From Amoebidium appalachense (taxonomy: Eukaryota; Protista; Ichthyosporea), in the NCBI GenBank assembly GCA_963693365.1, contig CAVNZM010000015.1, positions 5,215,502 to 5,279,501 of the forward strand: a DNA stretch of 64,000 nucleotides. Reading direction: 5' to 3'. The notes beneath the pieces were generated by a model. It was given only the letters and a program-made list of their open reading frames with translations, was not told the DNA's origin and made no database searches. Positions 1 through 38,939 of this stretch are shown here, one piece after another. The translations under genes were made by a program, and so were the position numbers. Every line of letters begins with the position of its first letter. The first letter of the stretch is position 1.

Positions 1-263
1 GGGAGGGACAAGTGGGGGGCTATCGAAACAGAGTGTCTGTGTTCGTGCATGGGGGGAAGAGAGAGTGTGTGTCTGTGTGGTTGTTTCTGTGAGTGCATGC
101 ATGTGTGTATCCTGCCCGTGTGCATGTGTTTGCCTGTATGTGTGTGTGTGTATGTAGGTGGACAGGGATGCGCGGGTGGTGGGTGGGCGCATTAGTGAGG
201 AAGATGGACCGTGTTTTGGGTTAGCGAGCGGGGAGGGGGGGGGGGAGGGGGGGGGGGGGGGGG

Positions 264-399
264 TGATGTATGCATTAGAGGGTTGGAAATATGGAGGAGA
301 CAACAAAGAGCAACAACAAAAACGTTGCAAAAATGAGAAACCCAAAATCAAACAATTTAAGCGTGCAGGCAGAATCCACTTGTACAGAGCCCATCATCA
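264..399 (-). mobile_element. Short dispersed TGA...TCA element, subfamily 1 (intron of gene 1)
   Basis: + strand GGGGG|TGATGTATGC...CAGAGCCCATCATCA|GGGGG; 11 differences in 136 bp from the copy at 8288-8422 (manual alignment). Confidence 0.75.
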
Positions 400-434
400 G
401 GGGGGTGTTTATGGGGATGGGGGGGTGGGTGGGT

Positions 435-468
<34 letters not shown>

Positions 469-641
469 GGGGGACAGACGTGTGTGTGTGTGTGGGTGTC
501 AGGTTGGGAGGGAGGGGGGTGGGGGGGGAGACGTGTGCGTGTGTGTGTCGGGTTGGGGGAGGGGGGGGAGGGGGGGAGAAGAGAGACGTGTGTGTGTGTG
601 TGTGTCCGGGGGCCGGGGGGAGGGGGGGGGGGAGTAAGTAC

Positions 642-16069
<15,428 letters not shown>

Positions 16070-17046
16070 TTTATCAAAGCAGTGGGCAAAAACCAGAACC
16101 CCACATAGGCACACAACCACCGAGTAAAAAGACAAGGTGTACAGACTACAGAGACCTACAGTCTACAGAGGAAATGACTTGAGCTGGCATGACGTATACC
16201 TGATGTCATTCTGATGTCAGGATTATAGCTGCCGATTGGTTGTACACACATCATCTAGATTTCGATGCAACCCAATAGGAATAGTTCTTCGCACGAGTTA
16301 AAATCTTGCCATTATCTTGGACTGGGAGAGTGTAATTACGAACCCCCATTGGTAAAATGTGGCTTGTAGCAGAGCTTAATGTATTGTGAAGATATTGCGG
16401 TTTCAATGTTCATAGTGATTGTGTGCCCTTTTTGCGTGTGCTTGTGTTTGTACATTATACGTGCGTACATGTGAATGAATGGGTATGCATGATATGGAAA
16501 TAGTCCTATCACACATTTAAAGTTCACAACCTCTCTGGCACGTACGGCGTACGCATGCCACAAGCCACGTGTACGACACGCCCGTGCAAAAATGATGAAA
16601 AACAATCATTGTGGCATCATCGCATCGACATTCCGTCCACCTTTCGTCGACGAGTATATACAGTAGGCTATACAATCAAAGAACCAAAATGATATTAGAC
16701 TCTGTTGACAAAGACAGATATAAAAGTAGACGAAATAATGATATTTTCCACAAATCATCTTAGTAACGTATGTAGGCAAGACATGTACCTGTTGGCATAT
16801 GCAATTTATTTGAGCTTTGTCTATCGATTTTGACTCGCAATAGAGTGTTTAAGTCCCAACCGGCACCCGGTTGAATCAATCATGAGGCCGATCCTCAACC
16901 GGTTAATGAGAAATTAGAATCAGAGAACTTAAGTAGCCAGTGCATGCTTCAACACGATTACATCAGATACCCTTATTACTTGTGCCATCTTCAACACAGC
17001 TGTACATGGGACGCATGCGAAGTAGCCTGCACACGCACCGGGTCAC

Positions 17047-17814
17047 CGTACACCCCGGATTTTGGTGATTTTTTTTATCTCGCGAATTATGCAATCGCTT
17101 GCATGCAACCCGATTGCATTTCGATCCAAGCGCCCCGAGTCCCCGACCCTTGCGCCAGCTCCATAATCGCGAGACCAGGCACTGAGTCGATTATGGTTGC
17201 GCGAGGCTACATTTTGCCAGACCGGTACCCGGCCCGCTTACAGAAGTATGATTGTGTACCGTAAAGCCTATTCCTGCATGTGCATGTATACTGCAAAGCA
17301 ATACATGTGCAAGTTCGACAAGGCTTTATTTTTCCTTTACTCAGATGACAAAGTTGCTTTCTTGGAGGCTCGCCCAGGTGCATACGCCTCGTCGTGGTCG
17401 TAATCCTCCGAAATATCAAACCCAGAAGCGGAAGTTGACGTTATAACACGATTTTCATTGGCTGTAGTTCCATTAGACGACACACTTGCATATGTCTTCT
17501 GCAAGAAGCCGGAGTTGCGATACGCATACAGAGATTTGTTATCGTCCAGCTGTAAATAAAACTTCTGTCTATGCTCCATCAAGAACAATGCTTACATGGA
17601 GCCGATAAAATATCCGCATGCTCTAGCAAAAGCCGGTAAAAAAGAGGACTTGGGTCTTGCAAAATGTAGACTCGCGCAGCCATAATCGATGTCTGGTCGC
17701 GCGAATATGGAGCTGGCGCAAGGGTCGGGGCGCTTCGATCGAAATGCAATCGGGCTGTATGCAAGCGATTGCATTATTCGCGAGATAAAAAAACTACCAA
17801 AACCCGGGGGTACG
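17047..17814. mobile_element. Non-autonomous DNA transposon (MITE-like), ~770 bp, with ~170-bp imperfect TIRs
   Basis: 17047-~17224 (CGTACACCCCGGATTTTGG...ATCTCGCGAAT...TTTTGCCAGACC) is the reverse complement of ~17653-17814; TA at 17049-17050 and 17811-17812 could be a TSD (Tc1/mariner-type, inference). Confidence 0.88.
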
Positions 17815-18699
17815 ACATGTGTCCGTCCCTGTCCTGTCCGTCGGGACCGTGAACGTCGTCAGAGATCGATATAATCTAGGGAGATTGGGTCCATGTATGA
17901 TCGGCCTGGCGAAAAAATGCACTGCCCTGGGATTATGGGCGTGGAATAAATATTAGCCAATCAAATGCGTGAACAATCGCACGGTGGCATATTATGTAGA
18001 ATGGCGTGACGAAGCAGAGGTAAACATTAGAACAACCAATCGGCGAACTAAATAACCTTATAAAGCTAATTATGACGTCAGAGCACCGCTTTGACAATAG
18101 TAATTTGCTTAAAGTCACTACCAAATGTCGCCGACAGCTGGGATATTGCAGGGATTAATAGGATACCCCTGAAACAGCATTAACGTTATTCTATTGGTTT
18201 AGATTGGTTTGCGACCCTGCCAATCAACCCGAGAGGCGCTTGCTATGAAGGGGTTTACTATTAGGGGCCTGTTAGAAAAATTCTCGACTGCCCTTGGATC
18301 GCGATCACGCCCTCTCTTCAGTAAGTTAGAAAATATACTCATACAATATACATGCATATAATGCAAATATATAAGTAAAAGAAAAAAGAAAAAAAAAGGA
18401 AAAAGATAAAATAAAAGCGAAAGAAAAATCCTGGGAGTTCAGTAAGTTTTTTGTTGTATATAAGGTGTGACTTCAACATCATTGATGGCCCTTTTTGAGT
18501 GACCGTAACGGTTAGATATCGATCGTTTGGTCCCCCCCCCCATCAGCTTGGAATTTACACCGATCTGATTGGTCAAGAAAGTATCGATCGAATGTATTTC
18601 TTTTTCTTTTGACTGGATTTATTCGACGGAAAGATATGCAAGTATGTACTGCATACTGAGAAGACAATAAAAACTTCTGACGAATTATCCAGTAATAAG

Positions 18700-19790
18700 T
18701 GCATACTGAGATACCTGAACACTGTGTGAAAATCATATAAATGCTCAATGTGACGACCAACAGAATTCAACAAAAAGTCTAAAGTGTTCCCATTGCCAGC
18801 CAGTGTAGCAGACACCCGTCACCTACTGGAAAGAGGTAAAACGCGACATAAAAACTCACACCTATCAACATGCTTTTGATTTGAAGGTTCAGCACAAAAC
18901 GGCGATGGAAACAAGTCTTAGAATTACAACGCCACAGTCTGCACAACTTCCCAGGCAATATCAACATCAGAGCACCATACAGACTTATCTGCTACTAGTA
19001 GGGTGGTATCCATACGTACAGCAGGAGAAATTTTTCCTGCCAAAGCTCCCAAAAAGCGATAATTGTCGATCAGCTGTGCTGCACGGTGTTGCCTAAGGAA
19101 CATAACACATGCCGACTGAGTTTTACCTTTGATTTCTCTAGCAGAACCGTGACGAGAAAGAAACTTATACTGCGTATAGGCTATGGTACTAATAACTCGA
19201 AAAGGTAGAAAAAACAGGAAGAGAAAAGAAAGAGGGAGTCGGAGATAGCGAGAGGAAGGATCAGGTTGAAAGAGGGTAGGTTGAGGACTGCATTCAGAAG
19301 TGGCGTCGGTGAATCGGTGGGGAAGAGGGATGGAGGGAGGGGGGGGGGGGGGGGGGGGGGGGAAGATGACCATCTGATTCAGGTATCCTAACTAAATGAA
19401 AACAAAAACGAAGAGACAATTCCTCCATACTATTAGAGAAACAGCAGACGACAATCCAAACATACTGATTAAGGGAGGCAAAACGAGTACGAAACAAAGT
19501 GCGCAGCGCATCACCTTGAAAATCGTCGAACTCTTTCAGCGCCACGGCCGCCTCGCGAGGTGGGGCGCAGGCCAATAGCGGAAGTCCATATTCGAAAGTC
19601 GGCCGTAAAAAAGTTTTATAGTAGAGAAGAAGGTTCGCAGGATGGATCACAGACTCCCGCTGGAACATATTTGACACGATGTGAAGCTTACCCTTCGCAC
19701 GAGCGATCCGTGCCGTTAGGAGCTTGCGGAAATCAATACCCCTTGCAGTAAAAGGCAAAGAAAAATAAAAGGAATACCCAAATAGTCACA
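18700..19790 (-). pseudogene. Decayed 3' fragment of a non-LTR retrotransposon ORF2, related to the LINE at 38940
   Basis: YLGIPF / FTARGID...KTFLRPTFEYGLPLL, LWRCN and NTLDFLLN match YLGVP...RTFVFPACEYGLPLL, QWRSN and NILDFILN of the 38940 LINE; frameshifts present. Confidence 0.85.
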
Positions 19791-22700
19791 TGTATTTTGG
19801 AGGGGTTCTAAATTGATTTGATTGGTTATTCCAACGTTTACCACTGCTGGTGTGACGTCGGTAATTGAATTTAATAGTTCCCAGGTGGATACTTGATGTC
19901 AGGCGCAAGAGATATTTGCCAGGTTCAGGTTTTAATAAAACAATACAATATTACATACAAAGAGTGTGTTGTATAGTTGTGAATAAATTAGTTTTTGTAG
20001 ATTTTTTAGTGATGGTGATACGTGTTGTATTGATGACTCATGCCATGATGATGGTGACGCGTGCTCACGGACTCGGCAGAGCCGCGAGTGGCCCGGCCCG
20101 CGGCCGGCCGCGGGGCTCGGCTTCTATAAGCTTTGATATGATAAGCATTCTCAACGAAAGCTGCTGTTACCAGTTTTCGAATGAATTACAGAAATGTAAT
20201 TGATGTAAACCAAAAAGTGAGTATTGTGTGCTTTTGGATATAAGGAATAAGAATTGGTCAAACTGAATTCCCCTAGCATGCAGGCTGATCATGAATCAAC
20301 GATGATCCACTGTCGTACGCGTGGGCGCGAGGTGCGTGTCATGAACATGTGCATATATAGCACGCCCGCTGCAATTGCCCTTACATTGCCCCTGATCATG
20401 ATTCACTAGATTTTGCTGTATTTTGGTTTTAAAAACAGGTATCAAAACTTGTATTAACTTTATTAAATGGAATAAGTGTCTTTATTTTTTAAATTTACGG
20501 GTAACCTACTGCGTAAGTGTATTTGTTTGGCCGTGTAAACCTTTCAAAACATTCCAACTGGCGAGCTCGCACGTGCGGTGCCAGATTCAATTTGTACGTG
20601 CGTAATAGTCGGGCCGTGAGACGCTTTGGGCCGCTTACGTCTTTCAAGGAAGACTTTCTCTGTATCGATCGACCTTAAACAAAAATAATTGTGCCCTTTG
20701 GTTTAGTCAATATTCTTCGCACTTTTACTGGCAATATCTGTTTGCATGCAATGCGAATCAGTGTACTTCGAATTCCGCTGACGGTGATGATCCCTCAGGA
20801 TAGTCTAGCAAGAAGTGATAGGTTTATCCTCCCCCAAACCTTTCCTGCCAGATTTTATTGCGGGATAGGCCTAGGTGCTTGAACCGTTACCACACAAGCG
20901 GAGCCAACGTTTATGCGTGCCTGAGCACTATAGAAAAACAAAATAAATATGCATTTTCTTCCAATTAATATGCTTAGTGTTTTGGATTCTACATAGTAAT
21001 TCTTGCTACAAAAACAAATATCAACGCTCGAGGTCCTGCGATTTTGGTTTTCAGAATATCCCGAAAGAACGAATCCGCGTTTCGGAAATCGAAATTGGGA
21101 TCCGGCCGGATCACGCTCCTACAAAACCGTATCCGTCGGTGCATGAATGGCTTCAGTCACCAAAAACTCCCGCGCTTTACTTCACTTGCGAAACTCTGAG
21201 AAGAGCAAACAAAACAAAACAGAGGAAAGAGAAAAGAAAGCTTGAAGGTTTCAGAATTGATTTGACACTTGGTAGGGCGTCGTTTTTTTTTCCCCTGAAG
21301 TTTGCCCATGACCACAATAAGAATAAGCTGTGTTTTATCTTCCGAATGATTATCGTAGTTAGCCACAAACTAAGTCTTGTCTGCACCGTCACGGGCAACG
21401 ACGGTGCCTGAAGACCTTGAGCTACTGTAACTCTCACCTGCGAGTAGGCTATCAATGACTTGTGTCCTTGATTTAAACTTGGTCCTCTCGACTGACCATC
21501 AGCACAAACTCCTACACGTGGCAACACCATTTCACAAAATTTAACAGTTTGCAGCACTGAACCAATCAGCCTAACAATTTCAAGGTTCACTCCCCCCCTT
21601 CCCCCCCCTCCCCCCTCCCCCCAGCGCCCCCACCTCCTCCTCCTTTCCTCCTATCCTCGCCTCCTCCCCTCTTATTTGGCCTCCCAGTCTCCCCCTTCCT
21701 ACCCCCCCCCCCCCCCCCCCCAACCCGCAGTTGTGCTTCGTAACGTTATCCGACGGCGCTCGGCTTGCCCTCCCGCTTCCCCCTCCACCCCCTTCCTCCC
21801 CCCCCCCCCCCCCCCCCCCCCCTCCCTTCCGGAAACCGTAACGGTTGAATCAGGCCACATGTTTTATTTTGATTTCCCTTTGTTACCTCTCTGATTCATG
21901 GTGAAGCTTGAATCTTTACAACGAAACTCGTCTGAGCGACTGGCCATGTATTTGTAGGCCGCCCTGTTGGCACAATGCCACGCATGTCATGTCACAGTGG
22001 TGACTAATTGCATTGCGAGTGACTGTCCATTTCGCACAGCCTTTAGGACTCGAATCAGCATGATACTGACAGGGTCACGCCAGACTAATACCGGATTTTT
22101 TCATTGATGTTATTTGAGGCGCTGCGCAAACTTTCAAGTATTGAAGCCTCACCTGTCCGACTGGTTTGCGGTATGATTATAGCTGGATATTTCAAGCACT
22201 TTATTAGTCTAAAAGTCGAATATTCTACTGTACCCTGGGCCAGAGAGTGGGCAAACATCTTCTTGGTGCCAACAGGGTGTGCTAGTCTCTCAGATTCTTT
22301 CATATTTTTTACCCTGTTTTGCCCCCAAGGCTTCAGTATTATTCCGTTTCGTGCATTTTTTCTGCTTCGAACCAAGCAGTCGTCACAGTGCAGGCCGACC
22401 GAAACGCGCTCGTTAATGTCCGTCGAGGAATCAAGGGTTTTCCAGTCAATGTCTAAGTTTGCACTTATCCGATCAGTAATCGAGGCATACTTGTTTCATT
22501 TCAGTCGCTGCCACCTTACCATATTTCTTGTTTTTCCAATCGATCTCTCAAATTTTAAATCTGTGCTCATCACAGGCTGCCTGCGGGCAGAGCAGTAGGC
22601 CACGGTCATGGTGGTACAGTCTGCACAAAAACACATAGGCCGAGGCATCATACTCTTGGCTGGTCCACCGGGCAACATGAAGAAAGGTGGGTGTAAGATG

Positions 22701-23402
22701 TGCACGTTCGTGTGTGATTGGTGTGGGTGCGGGGAATTGGCTGCTTGAGAGGTGTCCAGAGGGTGAATCCCCGAGTCTTAGGATTGCCGATGTTGCCATG
22801 CTAATGGCATTAGGAAACTTATAACGTGATTCCGCAATACCGCCGCCAATTCAGTTTCACACACACACAAGCATGCACTCTCCGACAGTGACACGGTCTC
22901 CTGAAAATAAACATGGGCACATAATCGAACACGTACAAATGGAGGCATTCAGCTGCAATGGAGTGCACGGCAATCACACACGCACAAGGCAGCACACACA
23001 CACACACGAGCGCGCGCACACACACACACGCACACACATAGGCGGAGGGTGTTTCACAAGCAAGTATTCTTGTTTTGTGCTTCATGTAAGTCCTTCGGGT
23101 GCTGAAACATCGTTCTGCATCCGCATAACCCATAACTGATGGGTTGGGCTGTTTTAATTAAATTTTGAATCGGTGATAACGTGTCAAGATCTTTTCTTGC
23201 ATCTTTGAGCACTTGGAACAATTATTTTACCAAACACCATAGGCTGTGGCTGTGTCACGATCACGTACACGCCCGCACATTTGGACAATGAGGCAAACAC
23301 AAAAAAAAGGCACGCTGTGACCTGCACACACGATGTTCGGGGCACACACACCGTCTCTTTTGGGTTTCTCTTCCAACCATGAGCGTCACACACTCGTGCG
23401 TG

Positions 23403-23433
<31 letters not shown>

Positions 23434-23558
23434 AAGTCAGGCAACCACGTGACACCCACACCCCCACAACCATCACACACCCACAGGACACCGTATGGCA
23501 GGACACACACACACACACACCGGCAAGCACGAACTGGCAGACACACACATACACACAA

Positions 23559-23590
<32 letters not shown>

Positions 23591-23705
23591 GCAAACAAGT
23601 ACAGAGACTGACTTGAACCCACACAAACACACTGTGATATATAACCACAAAAACAACCATCTCGTGTGCACGCACACACACACAATAAAAATAAAACAGA
23701 ACCAG

Positions 23706-34011
<10,306 letters not shown>

Positions 34012-35704
34012 CACACCATTAGTCTTGCACACACTCACACACACGCCCACACATGTTCAAAAAAACCTGCTTCGGTGTATGAATGGGCATGTTCACACAC
34101 ACACGTAAACGCTGACAAATGTTTAGAAAGGAATGAAGGTGTTCCATATTTTTTTGGCGTGCCTAGCTGATTTTGTCGCAGCCAAGGTGATCTACTTTTT
34201 TTTATTTAAAAATTTGGAGCATTCGTATTGTATTGCTAAAAAGTATTTAAAGCCTTTACTTCAAAATATTTATGCTGTTCTTTTTATTTGCTACCTTGTT
34301 CCTACCATAATTCCGTTTTTATGCGAGTATGTTTTGTTGTGAAAATATAGTTGACACCGTGTCATGCCAGGTTTGAGAAGTTTGGTCTGTGACCGATTTC
34401 GGGCATGTATTTTAGGAAGTTACATGGTTATCCCGAGAGCGGCCTAATTTGGATAGTAGAGATAAACTATCCGATCGGATATACCAGAATTGATTTTCAG
34501 TTCGGAAGGGTTTTTTTGAAGGACTATTACAATGGATGATGCATATGCTATAAAGTGTTGTTTTATTAATGAACTAGATAGCCGGTGTGTAAAAACTGGT
34601 AACCCCTATTTAGGTTGCCAAAAAAAGAAAAAAAGCAAACATATTTGGGATTGTGTTCAATGAGCATGTTTCGGGTACACTTGGGGCTACGTGTGTGTAC
34701 ATGTGCTCAGGCGTGTGTTTGTGTACATGTGTATGTGTGCGGGTTTATGTGTGTGTGTGTGTATGTGTGCGTACATTCAAGTGTCTGCGTCTGTCACCAT
34801 GTATGACGTGTGAGAGTATTCCTGGGTGTGGGTAGTTGTTCGGGTGTTATGGTATGTGTCTGTGCGTGTGTGTGTGATGGTGATGGTGGTGGTGGTGTGT
34901 ATGTTTGTTTTTGTTTTGTTTTTTTGTTGTTTTTTTTTTTGTTTTTGTTTTTTGGGGGGGGGGGGGGAGTTTGACAAGTCCGCGATTGAAGTTTTTCAAA
35001 ATGAAAAAATATATCTTATGCTGGTGTTGCGGATGAATAGGGTAATATCACTGTTCAAGATATATCAATCTAGCTAGACCCGAATATGTGCATCTGGTAC
35101 GTCTGGATAATCACATGCTCATTGACAAGCAGTTATAAATATGGGCATTTGAAGTAGTACTATATACCAGCCCTGTTGTGATGCGGGCATGTGGGTCACC
35201 CATGATATAAGCAATCAGTTTGCAGTGCAGTTGTACAATGCTTAATATAATCCGGTCTTCCTTCGAGCCTAATCGCCTATGGATTGCAGGAATCCCGCTA
35301 CTTGCAAGTGCCGGGGGTGCAGGGGAATGGGTGAGGGGTGGCATGGGGGGTGGGGGATCGTTTGAACATGTGCACCCTGTAGGCTAGCGCTGCAGCATGC
35401 ACAAGCATGGAACATTTACCTGACAGTATAAGCCTGGGGGAATTAAATGGGAACACACTGTTAACTCAATTTGGTAAATCAAATGTAGATTTCCGCTAGC
35501 CATTCCCCTACCACGTACTACTAGACACGTTTGTGGCTAGACGGCTTGTAAGAAAGGATGTGCAAGGGACTCGATTGGCAACGTTTTTGTGTGTACCTAA
35601 TGAGAGTGCAGGTGTACAATCATTTACGCAAATCATAAAACTAAACAATTGGGGGATTGTATGGTAATACCATGTGTGTGCTATAGAGAGCCTGCTGTAA
35701 TCCT

Positions 35705-35743
<39 letters not shown>

Positions 35744-35917
35744 CCCCCCCCCATTCCCTTCCCCTTTCCCTCCTCTTCCTCCTCAGATCCCTCCCCCTCC
35801 CCTACCCCCCTCCCCCCTTCCCCCCCCCCCCCCCCTCCCCCAACTCAACCCCATTTACTCAACCATACACGTGCGCGCAGTGCTTGTATGTTTTTGCGTA
35901 GTGCGTGTATGTTGTTG

Positions 35918-35957
<40 letters not shown>

Positions 35958-36259
35958 AGTTATTATCTTCATTAAATATTCGTCTTCTGACCCCATAGCC
36001 GCGCTGTGAAACCCAACACAGACAGCACTAAAACGGGAGAAGCGGTGGTTGGTTTCAGAGTGTCGTTTGACTGATGATGGGAGTCTTGATCAGAGACGAG
36101 TAGGGTTACTGGTGTGTGCAAAGCATCGAATCATTATGCATGTACATGTGCCACTTCATGATCATCATTATGCACCGAAGAACTTATGTAATCATGCCCG
36201 TTACATGGGAGTATCTCGTGGGGTGTGTGTGTGCGTGTGTGTGTGTGTCTGTGTGTGTC

Positions 36260-36297
<38 letters not shown>

Positions 36298-36369
36298 TGT
36301 GTGGACGTGTGTGTTTGTGTGTGTGTGTGTGTGTGCGGAAGTGTGTGTGAGTGTGTGAGTGTGCACGGT

Positions 36370-36417
<48 letters not shown>

Positions 36418-36429
36418 GGGGGCGGGGGG

Positions 36430-36581
36430 TTGTATGCATGAGAGCATATTGTGGAAGAGGCACCAAGGGACAAACTATAAACCGTCACCAAACCATAAAA
36501 TCGAACAAATGAAAACCGTGCAGGCAGACGACACTTGAACAGAGCCCATCATCCGGGGGGTTCCTATGTATGCCTCCACAA
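36430..36581 (-). mobile_element. Short dispersed element, subfamily 1, intergenic copy
   Basis: TGTATGCATGAGAG...CGTGCAGGCAGACGACACTTGAACAGAGCCCATCATCCGGGGGGTTCCTATGTATGCCTCCACAA. Confidence 0.7.
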
Positions 36582-36650
36582 ACGAACGTGTTCGACGCTT
36601 TAACCTCTGTGCAACTTTTTTTTATTATTAAAAAACGGGGGCAGGTGGGG

Positions 36651-36686
<36 letters not shown>

Positions 36687-37223
36687 GGTTGGTTGGGTGG
36701 GTGGGTTGGGGTGGCGGTGGTGGTGATGGGGGGGGAGGGGGGGTTAGTAATATGGAGTTACAAAAACCCAAGCACACATTCATGACGGACAACACGTGCA
36801 ACTAATATTGCATAGAGTTAGGGGCTGCGCGAGAGGGGAGGGGGTTGGGGGGGTGGGGGGCCCTGCTTTATTGGCCCAAATGGCAATATTGCAGAAGGAA
36901 ACGACGACTTTGCTCATTGAAGGCTATAAAGGGTAAAACCTCATAAACCTCATAATTCATTATTATCGAGGAATTATTATCGAGGAGCAGATACTATCAT
37001 ACAGAATACATACAAATACTGACCAGTCGAATAGAAAAAACATGAACGTGAAATATATTTTAAAATAACGTCGTACACCTCCCGTATCTCTCGTACCGGC
37101 AACGAGATATACATGACCTGATATATATGACCTATTATTTCGAATTCATGAAATTGGTGAGGAGAGCGCACACATAAAACACATAGTGCGCAATTTCAAA
37201 TTGAGACACCGGAATCGGTTCAG

Positions 37224-37915
37224 TCAGCCACTTATAGGCCTTAATCCTAGCAATGACGTTCCGTTGGGGAATTTCGACATGGCTAGCCCCTTCTGACACA
37301 TCAACACTTCTGATGGCCCATTGCCCTTAGCACCTGATACCAACCCTACACGCAACGAGGGAAATCTATGTGAGTGTTGATTTTTACAGCCATTCCACGC
37401 AGGAGAAGCCAAGTACTCGCCTGAAGAAATGCTCTCTATCATTTCAGTACAATCAAGTGCGACTGATGTTTCACTGTGCTCCGATGTTTCGTCAAACGGT
37501 CTGTGTGTATGTCGATCGATGTTTCCCATCTTGGGCAGACGAGGAAAGAAAAACTCCAGCACCCCGACAGAAACTCGAGCCGCTCCTGGAATATCTCACC
37601 CACCAGCGATCCACTTACACCAAACAAATACCCGAGGTGTTCCTCCGTAAAACCCTGCCTCATACACACGAGGGTGAGGAGGATCTCGTCTTTCCAATCC
37701 AACATCCAGTGTGACGGCCCGCCTTTCTCCTTTCCGTGTGATGACCCCCGTTTCGCGCTCGTTGTGTCATCCTCCAATGCTTCGCATGCTTCAAAAAACA
37801 GGTCCAACATGTCCCACGATGGAAAACCAGTGTACGTGTTGACTAGCTCCTCATCTTTGCTATCTTTCTGCTCCCTAGCTCCTTGTTCTCCCTACCACCT
37901 ACTGAGGCGGTGTCT

Positions 37916-37956
<41 letters not shown>

Positions 37957-38938
37957 TTAAAAGGGCCGCCTGAGTAGATGTTAAACGTCGCACGTGCGGC
38001 AACACGTCAGTACGTGTTAGTTGTTCTCCTGTGCTAGTGCAACTTTCTCTGCCATGAGTTCACTTTTCCGTTTCTGAAGAATTCGCCTCTCTTCTTCGCT
38101 CTTTTCCACAGCACGAAGGGCATCTTCCAGTGAAGCCCTCAACTTTTCGTTCTCCTCCGAAGCGGCACGTGTGTAATGTTCTTGTGCTGTTGCATGTTGG
38201 GCCCATGTACGGGCAAGCTCCTTCTCCTCCGCCAACTCCGCCTGAAGCCTTCGAAGTTCTGCTTGTTGCTCATCTATCAGCGCTGTCAGTTGCTCTGCCG
38301 TAGGCGGTGGTGGTGATGACGGCGAACATGGAGGGAGAAGAGGGACGTCATCGCCTTCAATGCAATTGTGTTTTTTCGCTGGCGTGAAACGTTCAGCCGC
38401 GTGCCTGCGCTTACGCTGCGCGCCGTCTGGTTCCATGTGCTTGTCGCACAGTGCAAGTTGTTTGCTGTGTATGTCCTTTGCTATCCATTCATCATCTCGA
38501 CCTAATTTAGTGAGGATTGCTTTTCTCACAACATGTTCCTTAGGTATACGTGTCATCTGCTGCCCCTCCCCCTCCTTCTCGGAACATGGGGATGGGCACA
38601 CTTAATCACCATTCTTTGGTATTGTAGCAAACAGAAAGCGGCTAAAGAGGGGGAAGGGGGGCGGGGGGGGGAAGATGGGGGGGGGGGGGGGGAGGGGGGG
38701 GGAGGGGGGGGAGGGGGGGGGGAGGGGGGGGCGGGGGGGGAGCAAGAAGGAAAAGATACTACAGATGTTCTACTTTACTATGGAAAGAGGCACCACGTCC
38801 ACACGTCGACGATGCATCAATCCCCCATGGATGCATGGCACGTTTTCTTTTTTGCGCAAAATATGGCGGGAAAATCACCCATTCAAATCGATCTTAATAT
38901 GCAAACCGGTAGCAAAAACGGAATTCTCGGTTTCTATA
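37224..38938 (-). mobile_element. ISL2EU/PIF-Harbinger-type DNA transposon relic (THAP-like, coiled coil, HTH_Tnp_4, partial DDE_Tnp_4); pseudogenised
   Basis: CPSPC...RIPKE...W...LCDKHM (THAP-like, from 38601); coiled coil; YTGFPSWD; EILLTLVCMRQGFTEEHLGYLFGVSGSLVGEIF (HTH); VALDCTEMIE...WNGCKNQHS (first catalytic Asp block). Stops, a frameshift and a poly-A insertion are present. The end near 38938 is inferred. Confidence 0.8.
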
Positions 38939-38939
38939 G

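Noticed and set aside
362-405. Hammerhead ribozyme in the mini-element (CUGAUGA / CUGAGGA varies at the N of CUGANGA)
   Set aside because: No stem II closing onto GAAA and no GUH cleavage triplet in a workable topology in any copy; two copies mutate the core.
22496-22498. Selenocysteine readthrough of the in-frame TGA
   Set aside because: No redox motif context or recognisable SECIS; a nonsense mutation in a relic is simpler.
22873-23400. First coding exon of the bHLH-PAS gene
   Set aside because: Candidate ATG/donor combinations give the wrong phase or run through CA repeats; left unresolved.
38675-38939. N-terminal ~88 aa of the 1054-aa ORF as genuine LINE protein
   Set aside because: Poly-Gly start and no N-terminal APE motifs; it appears to be the flank of the adjacent DNA transposon read on the other strand.
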